In this document: positions 1 through 12,600 of the stretch, one piece after another
Numbering within the stretch: position 1 is the first letter of the stretch
How the letters are laid out: every line of letters starts with the position of its first letter
DNA from: Paraspadella gotoi
Lineage: Eukaryota > Animalia > Chaetognatha
Assembly: GCA_051294375.1 (NCBI GenBank)
Contig: CM119269.1
Span: forward strand, 3,730,069 to 3,794,068
DNA: 64,000 nucleotides
Direction of reading: 5' to 3'
Program-made: the position numbers and the translations under genes
Notes under the pieces: model-generated
Databases searched by the model: none
Seen by the model: only the letters and a program-made list of their open reading frames with translations
Told to the model about the DNA's origin: nothing

Positions 1-472
1 GTGTATAATTAGGGCTCATACCCGACGGACTACCCACCGCATACATCCAAATGCCCCTCGATAGGGGCTCACTGAACCACGCCAACCTCCCCCCCTCTCC
101 TCCCATACTACATTTTTTTTATGCTTGGAGGAAGACAAAGGTCACAATTGAAATTCTTTGAAGAAAAAAAAATAAAAAAGAGAAAAAAAAATCCATTTCA
201 TACTTCGCCAGCAACAAAGTGGAAAAGGACTCAATAGGCGGAACAGAAGAATTCATTGTTCTTGATATATATATACGGATTATGTTTACTTTAAAACACT
301 TTTTTTTTCTTTAAATTTTTCATCTGTTTTCGTTTTTATGTTTCTGTATTTTTTTTTCGTTCTGAAGTAAGAAGAGGGGAAAAAAATAACCGTCGCTGTT
401 CTTAGGCTTACGTACGAGTGCGACCCTCAATCAACGATATGCACTTTTTGATCTACTATGAAGGAACTCTTT

Positions 473-516
<44 letters not shown>

Positions 517-2309
517 CTGCATTATGTATTAATATTGTCATTTACTGTTCTTGGGCCATCTTAATATCTCTAGAGAAGACAATCTTTGACCCTTAGATTA
601 TGTATCACTTAAATATTTCCTTTCAGATGCTTTATCGTCATTTTAACCACAACTCTTTCCTCAGTCAAAGCGACATCCTCTCTTTCATCAGATTCCCACC
701 CTTCCATTTTATAACTCATTTACTATCACCCTTTCACTCCCCAAAACGCCACCTCTTTATCACTCATTCACTCACCCCATGTCACACCACAATCCATTCT
801 TTTATCACACAGGCATCCATTCAAATTATCACACCCCACACTCCTTATTATCACACCGTCGTCCATCTCCTTTATCACTCCGCCACCCAATCACGCAACG
901 GCGTGTGAGGTCCGTCCGTCCGTCCGTGATTCTTTGCTTCTTCTCATCCTTCGATCGCCAAAATACGATAATGGTCGTAATGATAGCGATGATAGTAATG
1001 ATAGCGATGACGATCGTATCAATGAAAAAAAAATATTTCTTATTTTCTTCCAATTGATAAAACGGGGCCGGGGAGCGTTTATCTCTAAAGAAAATAAAAG
1101 ATAAAGGAGGAGGGAGAGAAAGGAGAAAGAGAGAGACAGAGAGAGAAAGCGCTCAAAGCTGTGGTCAAAGCTGAAATAACAATAGTATTTATGGCTGGGG
1201 AAATAATGGGATAAAAAGCAAATGGTATAATAGGATAAACAATAGTAGCTAAGTTGCTAGAAGTGGAACTTTCGCTGGAAGCTGAGATATAAAATTTTTT
1301 TTAAAAAATGAACAGAAACGAGGAATCAAAAGTTAATTTGTTGCTTCGTTGCTTTCGAAAAGCTTAACCGACGCCAATGCCGCCACCGCCGAATACAGCG
1401 GCGACCGTCCCCGCCGCTGCTGACACCGCCTCTGCCTTCGCAGCCGCCGCCTGCCGCTGTCTTCGCGGTCGTTTATAGATAAATAAGGAAATGTTTCTAG
1501 TATTTTGGAATAGGAATTTTGGAACAATAATTAATTAATGTGGAAATATAATATATAGACGATTTGCTCTAAGCTTTTAAGAATCATGACTACTACAACA
1601 ACAACAACAACAATAACAACAACGACGACGACGCCAACACACTCCCGCTCCTGGATTTATTTTTATCGAAGAAACTTCATCTTTCATTTTTTTCGAACAG
1701 AAATCTCACCTCTCCCGTGGGAGGGAAAGTTTTCATGAATAAGGAAGGAAACCAATCATCATCATCATCATCATTCGTTCGTCGTCGTCGTTCGTCGTCG
1801 TCGTTCGTCGTACGTCATCATCGTCGTCATCGTCGGTCATCGTCGAAGTCAAAATAATCATAATCGTCGCCGTCGTTAATGTCATCGCTATTGCCGTCAT
1901 TGGCAGCATCGTCGCCATTGATTAATCATCGTTAATCATCATTAATCATCATAAATCGATTAATTTTGCCATCATCATTATCATAAGTTGTCGGCATCAA
2001 CGTCGTCATCGTCGTTGTCGTCGTCATCGTCGTCGTGGTCGTCGTCATCGTCGACGTCGCGAGATCGATTTTTTTTTCCTTTTCAGATCCAGGCGAGATA
2101 AGAATGTAATGATCTTGGAAGGAAATTATTATTCCAGATATTGAAAGCTTCTCATCTGGGGATTGAGCCAACATTTCTTTTCTCTCTCGCTGCCAAAATT
2201 GATTAAAATTATCGTGAGGACAGTCAGATCGACGGAAGGGAGATGGTTGGCCTTTGACCCGACTTAACTTTTTGCCCGATCTAACGAGCTCTCTCTCTCT
2301 CTCCTCTCT

Positions 2310-2344
<35 letters not shown>

Positions 2345-2495
2345 TCTCTCTCTCTCTTCTCTCTCTCTCTCTTGTTATTTTTTTTTAATTTCACAACAAA
2401 ATGTTGAAGGGATTAAACCTCTTTCACACTGTCAAGTAGTAAATCGAAAACCTAGACAGCAGTTTTTCTGTCTGGCGTTCAACCTTTCCGAAAAC

Positions 2496-2526
<31 letters not shown>

Positions 2527-4773
2527 CGAGAGAGAGAGAGAGAGAGAGGAGAAGAGAGAGAGAGAAGATAGAGAGAGAGAGTAGAGAGGCTTTGGTTATC
2601 GTTAGGCACCCTTAAAAATCAAAACATTGAAAAAGTAAACAAACTACGGTTTGATGTATACAAAGTTCGGACGCCTCCGAATGGGAGTCAACCTCGTTAT
2701 TTTTTCCCTTCCTGTCACCACCGCCTTAAATCTTCACGAACCATCTTCCAACCGAATCACCCCGAACCTTTTACTCAAACCCTTCTAATCACCCAATCAC
2801 TTCTAGGATCGTCTTATTTCTGGATCTCACAAGTGAATCAAAACAATCCCCTTATTAACCACCGGATTCACAGACCACCCATCATTTAAATATTAACCCC
2901 TTCCTTCATTTTAAGCTTCTACAGTGGATGCCTACTCTTCATTAAAAAATGGAATGAAATAACTGGAAACTAATGTCTCGGGGTCAGAGGTTTGTTCATC
3001 GTATTAAATTTTAAATGTTAAATGCCACGTTTAATCAGGATTAATGTATAGGTTTGCTGATAAAGAAACTGATCAGGATGTATGCGTAGTTAAAATGAAA
3101 ATCACTGTACAATACTGGAACTAGATGAGGATAACCTCATAATCACTCAATCACTAAATTACTCGACTAATCTATAAACACGAGAATTCGACTAGTCCAA
3201 CGAAAAAGTTTAGTTTTCAAATCTCGCCAACTTCTTTGGAAGCGTCGGTCCGAGTCGCGAATAACAAACTCGGATGACAATAACAATAACAAACTCTGAA
3301 CCGGCGAATCGTAAACAAAATTTCCTCATTTTTGCTTCTTTTTCTTCTCTTTTTTTTTTTTTAAATTCTTCCCAAACTTGTCGAAATTTTTCGCGCTTTA
3401 TCCAAATTCTTCAAAAGATAAACAAACAAATCCAGAGTTGACGGCGGAGACGTCAAAGTCGAGTCTTCTTCTTTTGTTTTACATCATGATCGTCGTCGTC
3501 GTCGTCATTCTCGTCGTTGACATCGTCTCTTCATTGTCCAGAATGGAAAAGTCGATTCGTTTGACGTCGCGTCACGCCCGTCCCATAGTTTACTACTAAG
3601 GCGTCTTCATCAGAACTTTATCATTTTTAATTCGTGACTCTTGCAGGATTAAAGTCTGAATGATCGATGATTAGAAGAATAATGGAAAGAGTAACAATTT
3701 TGAGAGAGGAAAGGCCGGTTTATCAATAATTTCAAAAAAATTAAAGAAAAAATAATGAAAAAAAAACAAACCCAGAGTCCAGCGAGGTCAAGATCCTCTC
3801 AACTTTTGTCAATTTAAAGATGAAATTTAGGCAGAGATATATTATATATATATATGAAATTGGTACAACCAATATAAAAATTATCCATTCATTCATTCAT
3901 TCATATGAAATTATAGGGCCAATCAATAAAGAAAGGGAGAACTACAAAAGAAAATCCTGGATTGAATGAAGAGAAGGAGAAGAAAAAGGAAGAGAAAAAT
4001 GAGCCTGACGATGAGATTAATAATCTACTTCCCGATTTATTATTATTATTTTTTCTCTAATAAATAATCTAAAGCTTTTGGCAGAAAACCGAGAAAGTAG
4101 CTAATTTTTTTTTTTTTTTTTTTTTTTTGCCAAAAATATACAATGACAAAAATGGATTAAATAATTTTTGAATCCTTAATTTCCTTTAAGAAGGACTGTA
4201 TCTAATTCAGAATTCTCATAATTCGCTAATCCAAAGCACCTACTGTTTTAACGGGAGTTTATCTCGAAAAAAAAAAATTGGCAACGTGCCGTTTAACTTT
4301 GAATCAATAAATATTTCTCTGTCGTCGTCGTCGTCGTCGTCGAAAACATTTTAATTCGAGCGAATGCCCCGAAGGGGATTTCGGCGGTCATCGCTGAAAA
4401 GGAGGAGGAGGAAGAGGAGGAGGAAGAGGAGGAGGAAGAGGACGTAAATCGATGTAAATCTGAAATTCCGTTTGGACGACAACTTCGGCGGCTGCCAATC
4501 GTCTTAGACTCTGTTTCTAAGACTCACTTAACATCACTTCTCCTTACCTCCCTTATTCTTTATTTTCTTTCTTTTTTGTAATTGCATTGTTTATCAATTT
4601 TTATTCTAATCTTCTTTTTCTTAGCCTTTAACTTCATACCTTTTTTTTATCTCATTCTTTCTCGTCTATTTTGATATTTCCTATGATTTTTTTTGTCTTT
4701 TGTTGTCTTACTTACTTTCCCTCTTTTAACTTAATTTCGGCACCTCTCTCCTCTCTCTCATCTCTCTTCTCTC

Positions 4774-4809
<36 letters not shown>

Positions 4810-5479
4810 CCTCTCTTCTCTCTTCTCCTCTCTCTCCCCCTCCCTTCCTCTCCCTTATCTTTTCTTTTCTCCTTATTTTCTATCTGTTCTTGCATCCTCC
4901 TTTTATCTTTATCTCAGCTCCTCTTCCGATATCCGCATCCCTTTCCTACTCTCCCTTTCGCCCAATTCTTTCTTCATCCTCTCTTCCTCCTCATCTTCTT
5001 CCTCCGCCCCCACCTCCTCTGCCCAAATGATTAAAGACTCATCTTCTTCCTGTCGTTAATTATCTCCCGCGTTCGACCGTCAGGTGGCGGAGGAAGGAAT
5101 CCAGGGGGCGGAAAAAAAGGGGGGGGGTTAAGGAAAGGGGTCGCGATGGTGAAGCGTTAGGTTGATATGAAATGAATAAAAGGAGAGAGAAAAAAATGAT
5201 TCGGTATAACTATGCCAATACCTTAATCAAATAAAAAAAAAAATTTTTGAGAAAATTACTTATCATTTGGAGAAAAAACTATGGCTTTCAATGATGATCA
5301 GAAGCGGTGAGCTAAAAAAAACAGCTTCTTACAATATAACAGTAAGTAGAAGACAACCAGAAATAAATACGAAATAAAGACGAGTAAAATTAGGATTACT
5401 ACGGTAAAATGATTTGAATAATGATTTACGATAAGACTTATTAAGAGGCTAGAATCGAAGCGAAATAAACGAAGGATAG

Positions 5480-5505
5480 ATAATAATAATAATAGATAAT
5501 AATAG

Positions 5506-5592
<87 letters not shown>
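5480..5592. repeat. (TAA)n microsatellite; one of many, with (AG)n, (CGA)n and (AAAAG)n at 20936-21040
   Basis: Visible simple repeat. Confidence 0.95.
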
Positions 5593-6719
5593 GTGCGAAA
5601 GAGAATGAATTTCCTCCGAAAAGGAGAGGATCTCCCTATTTATAACCGGAGGCGGATTCGGTGGAAGAGACATCCAGATAAAAATGTCAGCTGCCAAGTG
5701 GCGGGTCGTCGTTGAAGGCGGGGTTAGGGAAAGGGGGGGGAGGTAAAGGACAACGTCGGCGACAGATTTCACTACTACTAGTTGAAGAAGAAGAAGAAAA
5801 AAAAGAACTATCATTCACTCCCGATTCGCTTTGAGTACAGAAAAAAAGGAGTTTGGACGGGAGCCAATTAATATTTTAAGAAAAAAAAAGGAGAATCGAA
5901 GAAACTCCTTTCAAAAAAAAAATAAATTTTTTTGTAAATATTCTTTAATTTTTTTTTGGTTTGATATTTTTTTAAAGTTTGTACTGACGTTTTAATTTCA
6001 TTTTATATTGGTGTGGATTCAAACTGAAAAGAAGGAAGCCGCAGAGAAAAATAAATTTTTTTTAATAATGATGTTAAATGTAGTAAAAAAATGTATTCTT
6101 TTTCAAAAACTGCATCTGATATTGTCATTAAAAAGAACGGCCTATGCAATCGTTCGACTGCATAGTGAATACATAGTGCTTTACTGATGTCACCACCCAG
6201 ACATCATACTCGTCATGGATTTCAGCCCATTCTTATCTTTCCCTCGCCAGGGTGGTCAGTAACAACTTTAGAGATATCCCCGCCTCAGCCTCGACGGGGT
6301 GGTCGATCCGTTTTCCCTGTTTTTCCGAATTATTAAAAAGCCTCCCGCTTTTTTTTTTTTCTCCTTTCTTTTCGCCGTAGAATTCGGCTTTCGCTAAAAT
6401 GTCAGACTCAGAATAAAAATATAAAAAAAATAGAGAGAGAGAATAACAAAAGTCCCTTCTTTCCCTTTTCCCTCCTTTATTTAACTTTTTTTGTCCCCAG
6501 CGATGATAGAGCGAAAAGGAGTTAAACAAAAAAAAACGTTAAAAAGTGTATGATAGGAAGATTTTGAAAATAGTGCCCAAAAAGTCGGGCCAGACTTTAC
6601 CATTTTTTACAGTATGAAATAGTCTGCAATAAAAATATTTTTTCCTTGACTTATGATGTTAGATTTTGATTAAATTCATTTTCCTCACCCATAGAAGCAT
6701 TTTAATATGTAACAATATA

Positions 6720-7140
6720 TAAGAAATGCTTAAAAAATTTTTTTGGAAAATTGTAATTTTTAAAAATGGATTCTGATAAAGATTTAAAACTTAAATAAAG
6801 GTTAGTATTACAAATTTTAAAAAATTTAATAATAAATGGGTTTAAATTTTTAAAAAACCTTATCACCTTATCATCATCGTCATCATTCAATAAATTTGAT
6901 GGTTTTTATTAATTTTTATAAACATATCATTAAAATTTCAAAAAGTTGTAATAATAACCTTCATCTAACTTTTCAAGCTCTATCAGAATCTGATAAAAAA
7001 ATTAAAATTTACCCAAAAATATTTTTGACATTATATACTATTTGGATAATATAAAATAGCATCCATGCGTTTAACTATAAGATAAATGTAAAATTTTTTA
7101 TTTTATTTTCATGATCTTTAATAAACACATAAACAATATT
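6720..7140. repeat. AT-rich internally palindromic repeat, with a second copy at about 17330-17770
   Basis: Shared GGATTC..AAATAAAGGTT..CATCATC..AACCTT.ATCTAACTTTT.AAGCTCTA.CAGAATC..TCCATGCG..AAGATAAAT. Confidence 0.6.
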
Positions 7141-7171
7141 TATACCGGACTTCTGTTAGTTTGTTAACCAA

Positions 7172-8443
7172 AAACTAGTTTGAGCCGGATATGCCCACTA
7201 GAGTGGAGCACTCAAGAACAAAAAAATTATTTGAATGATCGAACAATGATATTTAGATGTGAGATAGTATGATTAACTAGTACAAAAAATATCTTGTTCA
7301 TATTATCTCGGGAACAGAATAGTAAAATATAATATATTTGTAGTAATATCCTTATAAAATAGTAAATTTTAAAAATAATTTTTATAAAACTTTTAATAAA
7401 GATTCAGATTCTTCATAAAAAGTTTAATCAAAAATATAAAACATGTTATAAAAAATTCTGTCATCTTTAATGTTTAAAATAAAAAAAGGTAAAAATTCCT
7501 GACTTTTTTATTCTCTGTAGTAAAAACTTATATATGTTAAAACGTTTTAGCATTTTTTGTGATCTAAACATTAAAATATCATATAACATATTTTATAAAA
7601 GTTTTTTAGTGTTTTACAGCGAATCCAAATCAGTTCTTAAAAATAAAAAAAAATTATTTTGAAATTTGACGATTTTATAAGGATATTACTACATAAATAA
7701 TTGAATTTGCTATACTGTTATGCTAAAAAAATTTTTAAAAGGATTTAAAATTCATTAATTATATGTCCATAGGCAGCAAAAAAATAATGTTCAATCACTC
7801 AATCTTTTCATCACTCCACCCTAATGCCCACGATCACTAGCGGTAGTTAATTAATTAATTAATTCAAATAATTAATTAATATTTGACGACGATGAGGGCA
7901 ACGCTGACAACAATAACGCCGATGACGATTAATTGATTGATTTACTTGATTGATTGATTGATGATTGAATAATCAATATATTGATAAATAAATTGATTAA
8001 TTAATTTACTGATTAAATAATTATTGATTAATATTAACTAATTGATTTGTTAACTGATTAATTATTTTAATAATTAATATTAAAAGAAAAAGAAGCATAA
8101 TCAATTATCGAAACAGGTTTTTTATTTTTCCCATTTAACCTCATTTATACTTAAACGATTCCATTGCAACTTGATTTCTAGCTTAATCTTACACTTTCCA
8201 ACCCACATACAAAATTTCAAGTAAATCGCCCCATAAAATCACGAGTAATAGGGTTCAAAGCTAAGGTGGGACGGACGGGGGGACAGACGGACGGACAGAC
8301 GTACATAAATTTTTTACATAATTTATCATAATTCGATGTTCTGACATGTTTTAAGTGAATGACCGAGAAGATTGAGGGGATGGACCGACGGACCGACAAA
8401 GTGAATTATTGAGCCGGAATCTGCTGTAAACAGATCCGGCTAA
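7172..8443 (-). mobile_element. Helentron-associated (HINE/DINE-1-like) element, interrupted by the hAT MITE
   Basis: Inverted homolog of 17773-18412: terminal palindrome gagccggaatctg..cagatccggc, (GGAC)n tract, TTAA-rich body. Confidence 0.65.
7199..7823. mobile_element. Non-autonomous hAT-type MITE nested in a Helentron-like element
   Basis: Ends TAGAGTGGAG / CTCCACCCTA, exact 8-bp target duplication ATGCCCAC (7191-7198, 7824-7831), long internal inverted repeats. Confidence 0.8.
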
Positions 8444-8999
8444 AAAAGAACACAATGAAAAATAACGTGGCAAAACAGTCTGCTGATTTTGCCCCTTTAA
8501 AGTTGCTTCTGAGACAAATTAATTGGTTGTTACTTTTGTCTAAGTCTAAGTCTAAGTCTAAAATTTTCTAGTATTTTAGACGTATTTTTGAAAACTTTAT
8601 ATAATTACTATATTTTACAAAAACAACATCTTGAAAAACATTTTAAATTAATTTAAAAAATTGATTGACTGATTTTCGAAAAAAAAAAAAACATTTTGTA
8701 ACATGAGGATAATGGATTTAGAGTTAGAAAAAAAAATTGCAATTCTAAAAAAATCAGTCTCTACCCTTTCGATTTTGCTTGTCTGATTTTTTATTTTTTG
8801 TTATATTTTGATTTTCTAAGCATGTTACGCCGGTCATGACAAGACACGACCGTGGCCGGACGTTAAACGCTTTTAACGCAGCGTTGGTGGTTTTAAATAT
8901 TGTTTTTATTCTCGTTTTTAAAGTTATTTTAATCTCACGTTTTAACTTTTTATTGTCGAAATTATACTCATTAATATCATCCTTCTTTTATAAACTCGT

Positions 9000-9456
9000 T
9001 CTCGTTGTCGGTCCGTCAGTCCCCCCCCAAAACTTGAACGACAATTACTACTAATTGTGTGGGGCGATTGACTTAAAATTTTGTATGTGGGTAGGAAAGT
9101 ACGTGATTCAGCAGAAAAATCAAGTTTCGATGAAATCGTCTGAGTGGAAATGAATTTAAAATGGAAAAACAAAAATCTATTTCACTATTCGATCATGCTT
9201 TTTTACTTTTTATATTAATTGTAAATTCAAGCTGCATTTATTAATTATTAATAAATAAGTAAATAATTATTTAATTAATTAATAATTAATTATTTTATTT
9301 TGTGATCGAGATTGTTTGTGAATGAGAGGTGAGACAAATTGGAAAACGATTTTGACACGAATAAAAAAGATTATTATTAATTAATTATTTATCTGATCAG
9401 CTGCTTACCGCTAATGATTGTGAGCAGATCCGGCATTGTTTACTCAAACTTGTTTT
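9000..9456 (+). mobile_element. HINE-like element, partial copy
   Basis: Shares body and 3' end GCAGATCCGGCATTGTTTACTCAAACTTGTT with 17773-18412. Confidence 0.6.
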
Positions 9457-9633
9457 TAAGCCTGCAACTGTTATGCTACATTTTTCATTATATCTAAAGA
9501 CAAAAATGTTAATGTTCTAATGCTAATATTATATTTATCAATTAGTAGTATGTAATCCTCCTAGTCTCCAGGTAATTATTCAAAACGGAAAGTGTGTAGT
9601 TCTGAACATTGCTCGATGCCATTTGCACCGTGA

Positions 9634-12600
9634 TCAGTTTGTGACGGCGGCGATGACTAGGGTGTCGGCGAAGCCTACGGTTGCAGTGTTCCAGGAGGCC
9701 GGACGCTTATCTCGCATAGCCGAGTAAAGCAGAAGTGGATATTGAGGATCGCCCCTTAAAAATCTAGGAAGGCATGTCGGATCGCTCCTGTTGGTTTTTA
9801 AAGTAGTTAAAATATCAAGGTAATTCTGTCATTGCTGTAAAATGTGATACCTGGTGAGAACCATGATCCATCCTGTATCCCCGGTACAAGGTGTAATCAG
9901 TTGGAACACATGGAACAGCCTTGGGAACATTTGGAAGTAAGGACCTAAAATTGTCAATGTTACAATTGAATTTATTTTTAAAAATTTGTATTTTTTTTTC
10001 AAGATCATGAAATTTAAAATAATTTCTTCACGATCATTTACTTTATTGCCGTGACCCCATGATCGTTAATTTATGATCATCAAATAAAAAAAAAATATTT
10101 TAAATTAATAATTTATAATTGTCAATGAAAGCCCTTTAAATAAAATGAACTTTGAATTTAACTCTAATTCGAGAAATATCCGTGGAACGCGAATGTTTCC
10201 AAAATCTAAAAATACGGAAAAGCCATGTTGAAATGTAGTTTTCATCTGGCTCGGATCGCGCATGATCAAGGCTTATTTTTGATTGAAGTCCTCCTTGGAT
10301 AACCTACCCTGGGTCAATAGTTTTCAATACAGACCGGAACCCGCTTAAAGAAACTTTTAGCGTGCGAAAAACTTATTTCCTTTCTATATGCTCCGAATTC
10401 AGTATAAACCATCTAAATGTACCTGCGCTCTTTACCTAAAACAGTTAGTGGAAACAATATAGTGAAGAGACAGTAATTATTGATATATGTTAGTGACAGA
10501 ACCGTTCAATATAAGCAGTCCCTGAGCTTCGGATCAGGCTGTAACACCGTGTTACAGGCAGGTTAAGCGCCCCGTCCCTCTTAACTGCTAGGCGGCCACC
10601 GGGCTAGAACCCCGGACCTTTGGGTTGGGAGGCGAATGACTTGCCTCCGGCACCAATGGCTGCTGATGAACGGTTGGTGGATTTTAGTCCACCATAATAG
10701 TTTGCTTCGATGGTTTTAAAATAAAAATAAAATGATTATATAATTTTGATACGAAAAATTAGTTAATTCGATTGCTTTAGCAAGCATTCACAATTGAATA
10801 AAAAGTTGAACGTTTTGTGTTTATCTTATAGGCAAGACTATAAAGTTTCTGAAACCGTTATGGTAGGCTAAAATCCACCAACCGTTCATCATTGGTGTCA
10901 GAGGCAAGTCATTAGCCTCCCAACCCAAAGGTCCGGGGTTCTCGCCCGGTCGTCGCCTAGCAGTTAAGAGGGCCGGGCCGGCGCTTAACCCGCCTGTAAC
11001 ACGGTGTTACAGCCTGATCCGAAAATCAGGGACTGCTTATAATTAACGGTTCTGTCACTAACACATAATAATAATTACTGTCTCTTCACCCTATTAATTT
11101 GTATAGTTTGTTCTGTTTTTCAAAAGAGCCAGTAAGTTTTTTTTAAAAAAAGGGAAAAAACAGTGTGACAAGTCGATTTAAATATTAATTTTGGAAATTA
11201 TAAAATGGGAATTCCAAGACGCCAAGCATTCGAAATCTGCCCATATTTATTTTGTTTTCGCCTTGACTATACAATTTTGAATAGAAGCGAGATAGAGGAA
11301 TCTTGATCGGAATTTTCGACTTGAATGATGCGCATTCCTAGTCTGTCTTGTACTTTTCATTTATTCTTTATCATTTTTTGGACAACTCGGGATGATAAAC
11401 AAGTATTTTGATTAAATTTATGTGCATAAAGTGTTTAGTATCCGAACAGGGTTTGACCCGTTTTTGAGGCTTAATCTGTTCTTACCGTCTTCCAATTTTG
11501 GGCCTAAAATTGTTTTATTGTGGCCATCTTTTGTGAACCAATTGTATGGTTTCGTATTTATTCCGTTAAAAAGGGATTCAACAACAGCGACGCTATCTTT
11601 GTAGAATGTCAGACGCACCTACGACGTAAACAAGTTTGAGCAAACAACGTCGGATCTGCATACGATAATTAAGCGGTAATAAGCTAATCCGATGATAAAT
11701 TATGTAAATTTTTTGCTGGCTCTCAATTTATGATCATAACAAATCATAACAGACTTTTTAATACATCAATGAAAAAATCTATAAATCAATTGATCTATCA
11801 ATCATTACCAGTAGCTGTGCCAATACCAATTTGCATAATTTTGTCAACTGGCAAAATTTGGTCAACTTATATTTTTTCAACTTGCAAAATGTGGTCAACT
11901 GGCATAATTTGGTCAACTTGCATAATTTAGTTATCTTGCTTAATTTGGTCAACTGATATAATTTGGTCAACAGGCCTAACTTGCTCAACATGCATAATTT
12001 GGCAACTGGCATAATTTTGTCAACTTGCATAATTCGATCAACTTGCATAATTTAATTAACTTGCATAATTTAATTGACTTGTATTATTTGGTCAACTGGC
12101 AAAATTTGGTCAATTGACATAATTTTGTTAACTGATATAATATTGTCAACAGACATAATTTGGTCATCTGGGACAATTTGGTCAACTGGCACAATTTGGT
12201 CAACTGGCATAGTTTTTTCAACTTGTATAATTTGGTCAACTTGTATAATTTGGTCAACTTGCAAAATGTTATCAACTGGTATAATTTGATCAACCGACAT
12301 AATTTGGTCAACTTGCGTAATTTGGTTAACTTGCGTTATTTGGTCAACTGACATAATTTTTGTTTTTTCCATTCCAATCCATCCATCCAATCACGTGTAA
12401 TTAGAGTTTAATGCTAAGGTGGGACTGATGGATTGACAGATGTATGGACTGACTTTTTTTTGCATAATTTATCATAATTCAATGTTCTGATAATATAAAA
12501 ATGATTTTCCGACAAGATTTTGGGGTGGGACCGACCTACCGATAAAGTGAATTATAGAGTCGGAATCTGCTGATAAGCAGATCCGACTAAAAACAAGTTT

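Noticed and set aside
1-75. Possible tail of a gene entering from the left edge
   Set aside because: Too short to identify; no motif.
600-6529. Low-complexity ORFs (poly-Tyr, poly-Thr, SL/ER repeats)
   Set aside because: They are translations of (TAA)n, (CGA)n and (AG)n microsatellites with no domain or splice support.
10591-10663. tRNA-Gly(CCC) gene
   Set aside because: Anticodon and D stems do not pair, and it is always embedded in the same 235-bp repeat.
11779-12390. ORFs with (IMQVDQ)n / (LTKLCQ)n repeats as a real exon
   Set aside because: The array lies inside a mobile element, frames break, and the flanking exons join in phase without it.
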